From the IMG/VR virus record IMGVR_UViG_3300020568_000017, positions 1-29,927 of that record: a DNA stretch of 29,927 bases. One strand, given 5' to 3'. Positions 18,508-24,989 of this stretch are shown here, piece after piece (position 1 is the stretch's first letter; each line of letters begins with the position of its first letter). The translations under genes and the position numbers were made by a program. The DNA comes from a virus (lineage: Duplodnaviria; Caudoviricetes). The notes beneath the pieces are model-generated. The model was given only the letters and a program-made list of their open reading frames with translations. It was not told where the DNA came from and made no database searches.

Positions 18508-18943
18508 CCGGTTCCACCTTCAGCGAGGCTCGGGCGGCAGGCGAGAGACCGAAGTCGCTCTCCAGTTGCCGCAACTGCCCGGCGAGCTTGTGGGCGATCG
18601 AGACCTCGGGCCGCTGTGCGATGTACTTGATCTCGCCGCCGTCGTTGAGGATCGGGTACGTGTCGCCTTCCGCCTTCAGTTTCCCCCGCACCGCAAGCCA
18701 CCACTCCCACGTATCGCAGTAGCGGGCGAGTGCCTCGACATCGGCCCGCGTCATCACCCGCGTCGCCTGGAGCATCGGCAGCAACTCCCGCCACCGGGCG
18801 GCGGCGACTTCGCCCAGGTGCGGCGGCATCGCGATGCCATCGGCGGGCGGCTGCGGCTCGGCGTCGTTCAGTTTCTGTTTGCCGGGATTCCCGCGAAGGA
18901 TCTTCAGTTCTGTCGGGATCGGTTTTGGCCCGCGTCTTCCCAT
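18446..18943 (-). CDS. terS: Terminase small subunit, P27 family
   Basis: GRRGPKPIPTELKILRGNPGK...FGLSPAAR. Confidence 0.92.
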   Translation of the reverse strand: MGRRGPKPIPTELKILRGNPGKQKLNDAEPQPPADGIAMPPHLGEVAAARWRELLPMLQATRVMTRADVEALARYCDTWEWWLAVRGKLKAEGDTYPILNDGGEIKYIAQRPEVSIAHKLAGQLRQLESDFGLSPAARASLKVEPDAKAESAIDKFRALKAARKA

Positions 18944-19081
18944 GACTGACCTCGAAAGTGGCTGCCGTTTTTTGCGGCTCGAAAACGCGGTGGCGGCGGC
19001 AGACCTACCCCCGAGCCGTTACCCCCGCTCGCCCCTCCCCATAGGGACTTCTGGTTTTCCTCAGACGTGCCCGGCGAGGCG
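18944..19081. other. Probable cos/packaging initiation region
   Basis: Non-coding, G/C-run-rich gap between HNH and P27 terS, where HK97-like phages carry cos; exact site not identifiable by eye. Confidence 0.4.
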
Positions 19082-19450
19082 TCACCCGCCCTCCCCTCGC
19101 ACACCGGCTGCCCGCTCTTTGTGCAGTTCCTTGTTCGTCTTCCGGCTGTGGCAGCGGACGCAGAGACAGCGACCGCCGGCAACGTCATACCGAGACCGCC
19201 CATCCCGGCAGGCATCGGTGCCATGCACCACCGGGCTCACATGATCCGCGTGAGCCTCACGCCGAACAGCACACACCCGCCCGCAGTCCTGGCACTGCCA
19301 CGCGTCACGCGTCAGCACCGCGAGCCGCCACGCCTTGTGTCGGTTGTCGCAGTACCCACGGGCTGCCGCGTTGGGCCTCGTGTGCTCTGCCGCCTGAAGG
19401 GAAGCGGAGCGGAGACGCGGCGGCCTGTGGGTGGGTATGCGAGTGGGCAC
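19082..19450 (-). CDS. HNH endonuclease (terminase-associated, HK97 gp74-like)
   Basis: RDAWQCQDCG...HADHV...CLCVRCHSRKT; adjacent to terS. Confidence 0.88.
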   Translation of the reverse strand: MPTRIPTHRPPRLRSASLQAAEHTRPNAAARGYCDNRHKAWRLAVLTRDAWQCQDCGRVCAVRREAHADHVSPVVHGTDACRDGRSRYDVAGGRCLCVRCHSRKTNKELHKERAAGVRGEGG

Positions 19451-19454
19451 GGGC

Positions 19455-19811
19455 TCACGACTTGAACGAGACCACGCCGACAGTGCCGGTCGAGTTCGTA
19501 GTGCCGCTGACGATCCGCACGTAGGGAACCGCGAACACGGCATCGGGCAGCGAGTAGATCCGACCGTCGGTCGTGCTCGGGGCGAGGGTGACATCAGCGA
19601 CCGAGCCATCGGCACCATACACCCGGCGATACGGGCCAGCCTCTTCGATCGCACCCCAGCACTGGAGGGAGGCGGATGCCGTGACCATCGTGCCGACCGA
19701 GATGCACCCACCCGCCATGTCATCGACGCGGATGGTCGTGGCGGCAGCGGTCGCGGTGCCGAGGGTGATGCTGACGTTGCGGGTGCGTCGCTTGATCTTG
19801 ATCTCGCTCAT
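19455..19811 (-). CDS. Hypothetical beta-rich protein (possible virion component)
   Basis: 118 aa, GGAGA SD, ends VPYVRIVS...VVSFKS. Confidence 0.7.
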   Translation of the reverse strand: MSEIKIKRRTRNVSITLGTATAAATTIRVDDMAGGCISVGTMVTASASLQCWGAIEEAGPYRRVYGADGSVADVTLAPSTTDGRIYSLPDAVFAVPYVRIVSGTTNSTGTVGVVSFKS

Positions 19812-19860
19812 GGTATCTCCAGTGTTGGCGCGGGGCTTGCCCGACGCGGGGCCGATGCCT

Positions 19861-20052
19861 CTAGCCTACGCTGGACGCGTCGCGGGCTTGCAGTTTCGCG
19901 AGCTCGGCGTTGAGCCGCTCGATCTCATCTGCGGCCTGGGCGAGGGCGAGCCGTTGCTCCCGTTGGATGTCGAGGGCGGATCGCACCCGCTCGGCGAGGT
20001 CGGTGCCGCCGTGGTAGTCGGCGAGTTGGCGGCAGTGGGAGGCGAGGCTCAT
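19861..20052 (-). CDS. Small hypothetical protein (AADEIERL motif)
   Basis: 63 aa, ATGA coupling. Confidence 0.6.
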   Translation of the reverse strand: MSLASHCRQLADYHGGTDLAERVRSALDIQREQRLALAQAADEIERLNAELAKLQARDASSVG

Positions 20053-20252
20053 GCTTCAAGCAGCTCCCCTGGGATCATGCCCCGTATCTCCTCCGCCAGC
20101 CGTGCCGCTTCTGGCGTCGGGTCGCCGTGCTTGAGCAGCGACCTACACCGCTGGTCGATCTCCCACAGGGTGGTCAACGCCTTGTGGCCCAGCCGGGCGG
20201 CGTCGAACTCGCCCTGTTCGTCGGGCAGATCAAACTCTAGGGTGGCTTTCAT
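20049..20252 (-). CDS. Small phage hypothetical protein (MKATLEFDLPDE...)
   Basis: 67 aa, N-terminus of a type common in small phage genes. Confidence 0.7.
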   Translation of the reverse strand: MKATLEFDLPDEQGEFDAARLGHKALTTLWEIDQRCRSLLKHGDPTPEAARLAEEIRGMIPGELLEA

Positions 20253-20295
20253 TTGGGCTGTGTATCAGGAGTGATACGTTTCCCCACACAAACTG

Positions 20296-20706
20296 TCACT
20301 TTTCGCCAGTTTCTGTGCAGTCGGGCGGCGGCGGGAGCGGCATCCAGTGGGTGTACGCGCCAGCGACCAGATTCTTTCTGTCGGTGCCAACCCAGCCGTC
20401 CCAATACTTTGATATGCACGCCGCCTCGCACCCGCGATTCGGCCCGTAGCACCAGACCCATTCGCCGTCCGCCGGCAGTCGCTTGCTCACCGCGATCCAG
20501 CGGCCGGCGTCCTTCGGCACCAGCACCCATTCCTTCGTCTCCAGTGCCGTCGCCAGATCGTCTAGTTGGCTCCCGGTGACGTACTGCTCAGTCACTATCA
20601 TGACGGCACCGTTGACCTCGGCACTGATCTTGAGCGACCGGACGTTCTCCAGGCCGAGAGCGGCGAGGATGCGGCTGATCGCTTTGTTCGGCGGGCATAT
20701 CGCCAT
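20296..20706 (-). CDS. DUF551 domain protein
   Basis: RWIAVSKRLP...YTHWMPLPPPP. Confidence 0.8.
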   Translation of the reverse strand: MAICPPNKAISRILAALGLENVRSLKISAEVNGAVMIVTEQYVTGSQLDDLATALETKEWVLVPKDAGRWIAVSKRLPADGEWVWCYGPNRGCEAACISKYWDGWVGTDRKNLVAGAYTHWMPLPPPPDCTETGEK

Positions 20707-21020
20707 CACTTCACCTCCGGTGGCTGGCGATTCAGCACTTGCTCGGCAGTCGGAATGACGCCGGACTTGATTCGCAGGTTGGCAGGCGGCACTGGCCTCA
20801 GTGGAGGCGGCGGCCCCTTCGGCATCTCGCGGTAATGCTCACACTTCATGTTGGCGAGGCAGCGGCCCTCTGTGATCGCTGGCGGTGCAGGCGGTGACGG
20901 CGGTGCGGGGTTGCTCGCCTTCGGAAACCAGACGCACCTACCTTCTCGCATCGTTCGGCTCGCATTGCAGCCAATGAGCGACCCAACGAAGGCGGCAGCA
21001 GCCAAGGCCCAGAACTCCAT
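20706..21020 (-). CDS. Pro-rich exported/lipoprotein-like protein
   Basis: Hydrophobic N-terminus MEFWALAAAAFVGSLIGC; ends PPEVK; TGATG couplings. Confidence 0.6.
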   Translation of the reverse strand: MEFWALAAAAFVGSLIGCNASRTMREGRCVWFPKASNPAPPSPPAPPAITEGRCLANMKCEHYREMPKGPPPPLRPVPPANLRIKSGVIPTAEQVLNRQPPEVK

Positions 21021-21391
21021 CACTTCACCTGCGGCGGCTCGGGGAGCGGCGTCCAGTGACTCGGCTCGTACAGGGCAACATCGTCCCCAAGCCATCCGTC
21101 GCTCTGCGTGTACGTCGCCAGCCCTAAGTCATCAAGTTCAGGGTCAAACACCAGCACTCGCTGCTCACCTTCCGGCAGTCGCTCGCTCACCGGAATCCAG
21201 CGGCGATCCAGAAAGGCGTCCGTGATGCCATCGGCCAATTTTGCCTGGAACTCGTAGTCGGCTTTTTGTAGCCGCTCAAGTTCGCTGCACATTTGCAGCA
21301 TCAGCACGGCAGCGGCCGATGGATTTATGTCCTCGTCTTTGATGGCCCACTTCTCGGCCACTCGCCTGTAGGCAGAAACGTCAAGTTCCAT
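21020..21391 (-). CDS. DUF551 domain protein
   Basis: RWIPVSERLP...PSHWTPLPEPPQVK. Confidence 0.8.
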   Translation of the reverse strand: MELDVSAYRRVAEKWAIKDEDINPSAAAVLMLQMCSELERLQKADYEFQAKLADGITDAFLDRRWIPVSERLPEGEQRVLVFDPELDDLGLATYTQSDGWLGDDVALYEPSHWTPLPEPPQVK

Positions 21392-21627
21392 CACTTCACC
21401 TCCGGTGGCTCAAACTTCATCGCCGTTGGGTCAGGCCCGCCCGTGCAATGCGTCGGCTTCGTCGGCGTCCAATCCAACTCCTTGACCGGGAACCCTTCGA
21501 CGGTCGTCTGCTTCCACGCCTCATCAAGCCTGCGTGCCATCGCAATCTGAAAGGCCGTGATGATAAAGGCGGTGACCGGGCAAGGCGGCAGCGTGGACGG
21601 CCAGATTACGGAGTCGTCGTCGCTCAT
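21391..21627 (-). CDS. Small hypothetical protein ending EPPEVK
   Basis: 78 aa, TGATG couplings with GGAGGTG SD. Confidence 0.6.
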   Translation of the reverse strand: MSDDDSVIWPSTLPPCPVTAFIITAFQIAMARRLDEAWKQTTVEGFPVKELDWTPTKPTHCTGGPDPTAMKFEPPEVK

Positions 21628-21830
21628 CACTTCACCTCCGTCAACACCTGCCACGCTTCATAGCACCCGCTGCCGACCGGAGAGCCTTGCAGTAAGTACG
21701 CGGCGTTTTGGATCAGCATCCGCAGGCGTGTGATCTCATTCTCTAGGTCTTCCGCCTCGCTATACATCCGCCGCTCGGCCTCGGTGCAGTCGCAGTTCAT
21801 CGGCTTCTGGTCGCAGATCGGGCAGGTCAT
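21627..21830 (-). CDS. Small Cys-rich hypothetical protein (CPICDQKPMNCDC)
   Basis: 67 aa, ends TEVK at a junction repeat. Confidence 0.65.
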   Translation of the reverse strand: MTCPICDQKPMNCDCTEAERRMYSEAEDLENEITRLRMLIQNAAYLLQGSPVGSGCYEAWQVLTEVK

Positions 21831-21849
21831 GTCTCTTCACTCTTTATCT

Positions 21850-21892
21850 AGTGCCGTGCGTTATCACGTTCCGCAGAAACACTGGTTATGCC
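21850..21892 (+). other. attI-like primary recombination site
   Basis: GCAGAAAC-ACTG-GTTATGCC with upstream GTTATCA and GTTCCGC; GTTATGCC (21885-92) is the exact reverse complement of attC1 R'' GGCATAAC and has no attC hairpin in front of it. Confidence 0.55.
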
Positions 21893-22128
21893 TTCTTCCG
21901 CTCTGCCTTTGCGATTTCCGCATCGGCCCATTCTCTGACCTGCCGCTGCCATTCCCTGTCGGGCTGGCGAGTAAGCCAGTCTCGGATTTTCCTCGCCACC
22001 GCAAGGCCGTCCGAAAGCCCTCGCTGGTGCGCCGCGCTCAGTAAATCGTCTAACGCGGCGTCAAATCGTTGCTGTGGCGCGGCATAACCACGCGATGCAG
22101 CGGACATCTCATCTACCTCGTCTGTCAT
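21886..22128 (-). CDS. Cassette 1 hypothetical protein
   Basis: SD (AGGAG) and ATG lie in the attC1 loop; TAA lies in the GTTATGC core. Confidence 0.7.
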   Translation of the reverse strand: MTDEVDEMSAASRGYAAPQQRFDAALDDLLSAAHQRGLSDGLAVARKIRDWLTRQPDREWQRQVREWADAEIAKAERKKA

Positions 22129-22170
22129 GGTCGCTCCTGTGTTCGATGCCGCTGATCGCTGGCGTTCTCA
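22082..22170 (+). repeat. attC site 1
   Basis: GCATAAC-CACGC-GATGCAGC-GGACATC...GATGCC-GCTGATC-GCTGGC-GTTCTCA. Confidence 0.88.
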
Positions 22171-22419
22171 GAACAGTCGCTTCGCCAAGCCGCGCAACAC
22201 TTCGGCGTGTGCCGCGACCTCTGGGGTGTCTTCCTCATCCCACTCGTCGGCCTCTCTTGCAGCCCATGCAATCGCAAGTTGCTCCGCTTCGGTGAGCGAG
22301 GGCGAGCGTTCAGCCCGTGCAAGACGCTCCTGCTCAAGCCGTTCCATTTCTGCGTCCTCCTGCCTGCGCTCTTCCGCCTTGCGCATTTGCTGCTGCTCCC
22401 AGATTTCTTCTTCAGTCAT
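22168..22419 (-). CDS. Cassette 2 hypothetical protein (LTEAE...LRGLAKRL domain)
   Basis: AGGAG SD next to attC2 R''; TGA within attC1 R'. Confidence 0.7.
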   Translation of the reverse strand: MTEEEIWEQQQMRKAEERRQEDAEMERLEQERLARAERSPSLTEAEQLAIAWAAREADEWDEEDTPEVAAHAEVLRGLAKRLF

Positions 22420-22431
22420 GCCGTCTTCTCC

Positions 22432-22519
22432 TGAGAACCACGCGATGCAGCGGACCCGCGATGCCGCCGCCTAGTGTTGTTCGTCAGCGGTCGCGGGCCG
22501 CTGATCTCTGGCGTTCTCA
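22432..22519 (+). repeat. attC site 2
   Basis: TGAGAAC-CACGC-GATGCAGC-GGACCCGCGA...TCGCGGGCC-GCTGATC-TCTGGC-GTTCTCA. Confidence 0.9.
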
Positions 22520-22765
22520 CTTCCCGATCACCTTGCGCAGCGTGTCGGCATCCCGTCGCCTCTCGCCCTCCAGTTGCTCAAGCCGCTCCCGCAGCACCGA
22601 GTTCTGCCCACGCAGCCGCCATATCTCCTCAACCAGCGGGTCAGATCCTGTTGCCCAGTGCATCAACCAAGCCGACCCGAAGAACGACGCCGGGATGAGC
22701 ACGGCAAGAGAAAACCACGCATACCAAGGCATTTCGCTAGGCATTTTTCGTATCACATACGGCAT
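22517..22765 (-). CDS. Cassette 3 single-TM coiled-coil protein
   Basis: Hydrophobic WYAWFSLAVLIPASFFGSAWLM then a charged helix; TGA within attC2 R'. Confidence 0.65.
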   Translation of the reverse strand: MPYVIRKMPSEMPWYAWFSLAVLIPASFFGSAWLMHWATGSDPLVEEIWRLRGQNSVLRERLEQLEGERRRDADTLRKVIGK

Positions 22766-22768
22766 GGT

Positions 22769-23071
22769 TTAGGTCGGCCCCGCCCCGCCTACATCAGTGA
22801 CCTTGGTGGCACCAAGGCGTTCGACGGGAGCAGGGCCGACTTGTTGAGTTCGCTCCAGCAACCCGCTTATCGAAGCAGCAATCATCCCGCAAACCTCGTC
22901 GTCGTCCTGCATCGCATAGGTGTCTCGCACCATCCGCAGGAACGTCCGCTCCTCGTCGGTGAGTCGCAGGCGTTCGATCTCGTCGGCGGCATCGTCCAGC
23001 AACGCCAGCGGTTCGCCTTCCTGCTCTGCCCGTAGTGATCTCTCTCGCAGTTCGTTCGCTATGTCGCTCAT
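22769..23071 (-). CDS. Cassette 3 hypothetical protein (AADEIERL + LTDEER...LLER)
   Basis: MSDIANELRE start coupled (ATGA) to the upstream gene. Confidence 0.7.
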   Translation of the reverse strand: MSDIANELRERSLRAEQEGEPLALLDDAADEIERLRLTDEERTFLRMVRDTYAMQDDDEVCGMIAASISGLLERTQQVGPAPVERLGATKVTDVGGAGPT

Positions 23072-23469
23072 TTCGTCCGCTCCAGTAGCGACAGCAGCGT
23101 CTGGCGGGCTTCGGCATCCCACTCCGAACACTCCGCCGACCTGTCGATCACGCCTCCCAGCGAGCAACAGGCTCTCTCAACCGCCTCTCGCTCCTCTGCC
23201 GTCAGAGTCACACCCTTCCGCAGCCTCTTGAGTTCATCGTTTTTCACCAGCGTGTAGTCCGCCCAGGTGGAGCATTGGATGACCCTGCCGATCTGGTCTG
23301 CGTCCGAGAGCCGCGTCACAGTCACAGTCGGCTCGTTGTGGACGTTGACATCAATGCGGATGCTCTGCGTCAGTGCCGGATCGGCTCCGATGGTTTCGGC
23401 AAGCCTGCCGGTGAGTTCAGCGCGAGAACCAACAGATGCAGCGGACAGCTTTGCATCGTCTTTAGGCAT
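23068..23469 (-). CDS. Cassette 3 hypothetical protein (LTAEER...LLER C-terminal domain)
   Basis: SD (AAAGGA) and ATG (MPKDDAKLSAASVGS) lie in the attC3 loop. Confidence 0.7.
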   Translation of the reverse strand: MPKDDAKLSAASVGSRAELTGRLAETIGADPALTQSIRIDVNVHNEPTVTVTRLSDADQIGRVIQCSTWADYTLVKNDELKRLRKGVTLTAEEREAVERACCSLGGVIDRSAECSEWDAEARQTLLSLLERTK

Positions 23470-23511
23470 AGGGATTCCTTTCATCGCTGCCGCTGATCCT
23501 GCGCGTTCTGT
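23423..23511 (+). repeat. attC site 3
   Basis: CGAGAAC-CAACA-GATGCAGC-GGACAGC...GCTGCC-GCTGATC-CTGCGC-GTTCTGT. Confidence 0.88.
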
Positions 23512-23513
23512 GG

Positions 23514-23828
23514 CTACTTGTCGGCTTGTGGCGGGGCCGGGAGCGGCATCCAGTGGCTTGGCTCCATCTCGTCGTAGTCCCATTCTCCGTCGCGTCGCTG
23601 CTGCACACGCATTTCGATGTAGCCGTTGTGGTCGGAAATGGAGAACGTCAGCACATATTCCTTATCGGCTGGCATCCGCTCGCTCACAGGAATCCACCGT
23701 GCTCGCGTGAACGCATCGGTTATGTCAAAAAGAATCTTCTCTCGCGTCTCCCACAGTTCAGCCATAGCCGCGACTGCGTCGTCGCCGCCGTTGCGGATGC
23801 GGATTTCACAGTCTTTCGTGATTGCCAT
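23514..23828 (-). CDS. Cassette 4 DUF551 domain protein
   Basis: RWIPVSERMP...PSHWMPLPAPP; GGAGG SD. Confidence 0.8.
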   Translation of the reverse strand: MAITKDCEIRIRNGGDDAVAAMAELWETREKILFDITDAFTRARWIPVSERMPADKEYVLTFSISDHNGYIEMRVQQRRDGEWDYDEMEPSHWMPLPAPPQADK

Positions 23829-23848
23829 AGTTCCTCCACTCTACGCTC

Positions 23849-23939
23849 ACAGAACCACGCGATGCAGCGGACCCGCGATGGCGTCGGTTGTTTTTGTTCA
23901 TGGTCATAGGTCGCGGGCCGCTGATCGCAAGCGTTTTCA
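23849..23939 (+). repeat. attC site 4
   Basis: ACAGAAC-CACGC-GATGCAGC-GGACCCGCGA...TCGCGGGCC-GCTGATC-GCAAGC-GTTTTCA. Confidence 0.9.
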
Positions 23940-24236
23940 GTTCAATCGTTCCAGCAACGCACGCAGGGCGACCACGCCGGGATCGTCCTGCCCAAGATGC
24001 TCGCTTGCCCAATCAGCGACGACGCTGACTCGCTCCCGCTCCTCGTCGGTAAGCGCGGGCGGTGTGTTCGCTGCTTGGGCCGATTTTCCGGCACCGGAAA
24101 TCGCTCGCTCCAGCGCCGCCGCGAGCCGGTGGATCATGCAGTCCCGGTGCCACATGTGGCACCCGGCACTGTGGGTGCTGACGCGAGCGGCCTGCTGGTC
24201 ACGCCACTCACGGTAATCGGCAAGGATGTCGCTCAT
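23937..24236 (-). CDS. Hypothetical protein with His/Cys motif (THSAGCHMWHRDC) and LTDEER...LLER domain
   Basis: MSDILAD start with GGAG upstream; TGA within attC4 R'. Confidence 0.7.
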   Translation of the reverse strand: MSDILADYREWRDQQAARVSTHSAGCHMWHRDCMIHRLAAALERAISGAGKSAQAANTPPALTDEERERVSVVADWASEHLGQDDPGVVALRALLERLN

Positions 24237-24255
24237 TTGTCCATGCTCCAGAATG

Positions 24256-24315
24256 GCGATCCCGGCGGGTTCGGCTTGCCGGATTATCGGGCCGGTGCCT
24301 GCCCGCCGGGATCGC
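24256..24315. repeat. Perfect 14-bp inverted repeat (GCGATCCCGGCGGG/CCCGCCGGGATCGC)
   Basis: Arms 24256-24269 and 24302-24315. Confidence 0.8.
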
Positions 24316-24344
24316 TGATCGGTAAGAAACCCTAGGCACTTTTT

Positions 24345-24411
24345 CTGACGCCCCAATCGTATCGTATAAGACACGTTTTTCGGCGGTTCTTGCATACGGT
24401 TGGGGCGTTAG
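24345..24411. repeat. 18-bp imperfect inverted repeat ending in a GTTAGGT core-like motif
   Basis: CTGACGCCCCAATCGTAT (24345-62) / ATACGGTTGGGGCGTTAG (24394-411), 2 mismatches. Confidence 0.75.
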
Positions 24412-24420
24412 GTTCCGCCT

Positions 24421-24600
24421 CTAAGGACATTCGGCCTGCTGCTCCTTCGCGGCGCGCAACCGCTTGCGGTTCTTGTGCTGGCGGCCGCGAGAGCAGTACG
24501 GGCATGTGCCACCGGGTCGGCATGTGCGGTCAAAGGCTGCGGCCTTGTGGTATCCGCGCCGCCGCTCCTTGCCGTGTTCGATTGCTTTGTCCAGTCCCAT
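24421..24600 (-). CDS. Small basic Cys protein (LDKAIEHGKE...CRPGGTCPYC)
   Basis: Recognisable small phage protein pattern; start uncertain (24600, 24609 or 24663). Confidence 0.7.
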   Translation of the reverse strand: MGLDKAIEHGKERRRGYHKAAAFDRTCRPGGTCPYCSRGRQHKNRKRLRAAKEQQAECP

Positions 24601-24695
24601 GCCAGCCATCCTGTCGACCTGGGCAAACGAGTCTACGCCTCTTTCGTCGCAACCATCCGGCATCGCCGGATAGTTCCGGCCGTAGATTAGTGCGT

Positions 24696-24989
24696 CTACG
24701 GACGCGCCGGCAGTGGCGGATTAGCCACGGCCCCGTATTCCGCCTCGCTGATCTCCTCCACCGCACCGCTCGCCAGCAGTTGCGGCAGCATCTCTGCGGT
24801 GGCCTCGTAGCCGCAATACACCGCCGCAATGACCAGATAGGCCCTGCCCTGTGAATCACGCGGCGCATCGACGGCAGGCGTCAGGCTGGTCGCCGTCTTC
24901 GTCTCAGCGTTGGCGTAGCCCCAGGCGGCATCCAGGGCGGCCCGCACGCCTTCGTAAACCTCGTCAGTGCTGCGAAAAAACCGGAGCAT
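24696..24989 (-). CDS. Hypothetical protein (MLRFFRSTDEVYE...)
   Basis: TAATG coupling to the upstream LamG-like gene. Confidence 0.65.
   Translation of the reverse strand: MLRFFRSTDEVYEGVRAALDAAWGYANAETKTATSLTPAVDAPRDSQGRAYLVIAAVYCGYEATAEMLPQLLASGAVEEISEAEYGAVANPPLPARP

Larger units (their letters stand above)
20703..21640 (-). repeat. Four gene-junction repeats (AGCCACC)GGAGGTGAAGTGATG
   Basis: Copies at 20703-20725 and 21388-21410 (23 bp identical), 21017-21039 (2 mismatches) and 21625-21640 (16-bp core). Confidence 0.9.
21886..23933 (+). mobile_element. Integron-type array of four gene cassettes (21886-22164, 22165-22513, 22514-23505, 23506-23933), no intI in window
   Basis: Four attC sites; core-site complementarity across each cassette of 8/8, 8/8, 7/8 and 8/8. 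Confidence 0.85.

Noticed and set aside
19082-19450. HNH gene as a mobile homing endonuclease
   Set aside because: Size and position next to P27 terS match the packaging-associated HNH
20255-20295. GTATCA-GGAG-TGATAC palindrome near a GTT as a further att site
   Set aside because: No L/R box architecture or matching R''
22082-23939. Repeats read as a CRISPR array or as REP/terminator hairpins
   Set aside because: Spacing is gene-sized and irregular, with no cas genes and no U-tracts; the asymmetric bulges and core-site complementarity fit attC
21851-24216. + strand ORFs containing NHAMQRT / RAADL peptides as canonical sense cassette genes
   Set aside because: These peptides are just attC arms read through; the ORFs cross cassette boundaries and lack SD or domain signals
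24665-24701. Two small adjacent hairpins (GCCGGA/TCCGGC; CGTAGA/TCTACG)
   Set aside because: Short stems without a U-tract; cannot support a terminator call
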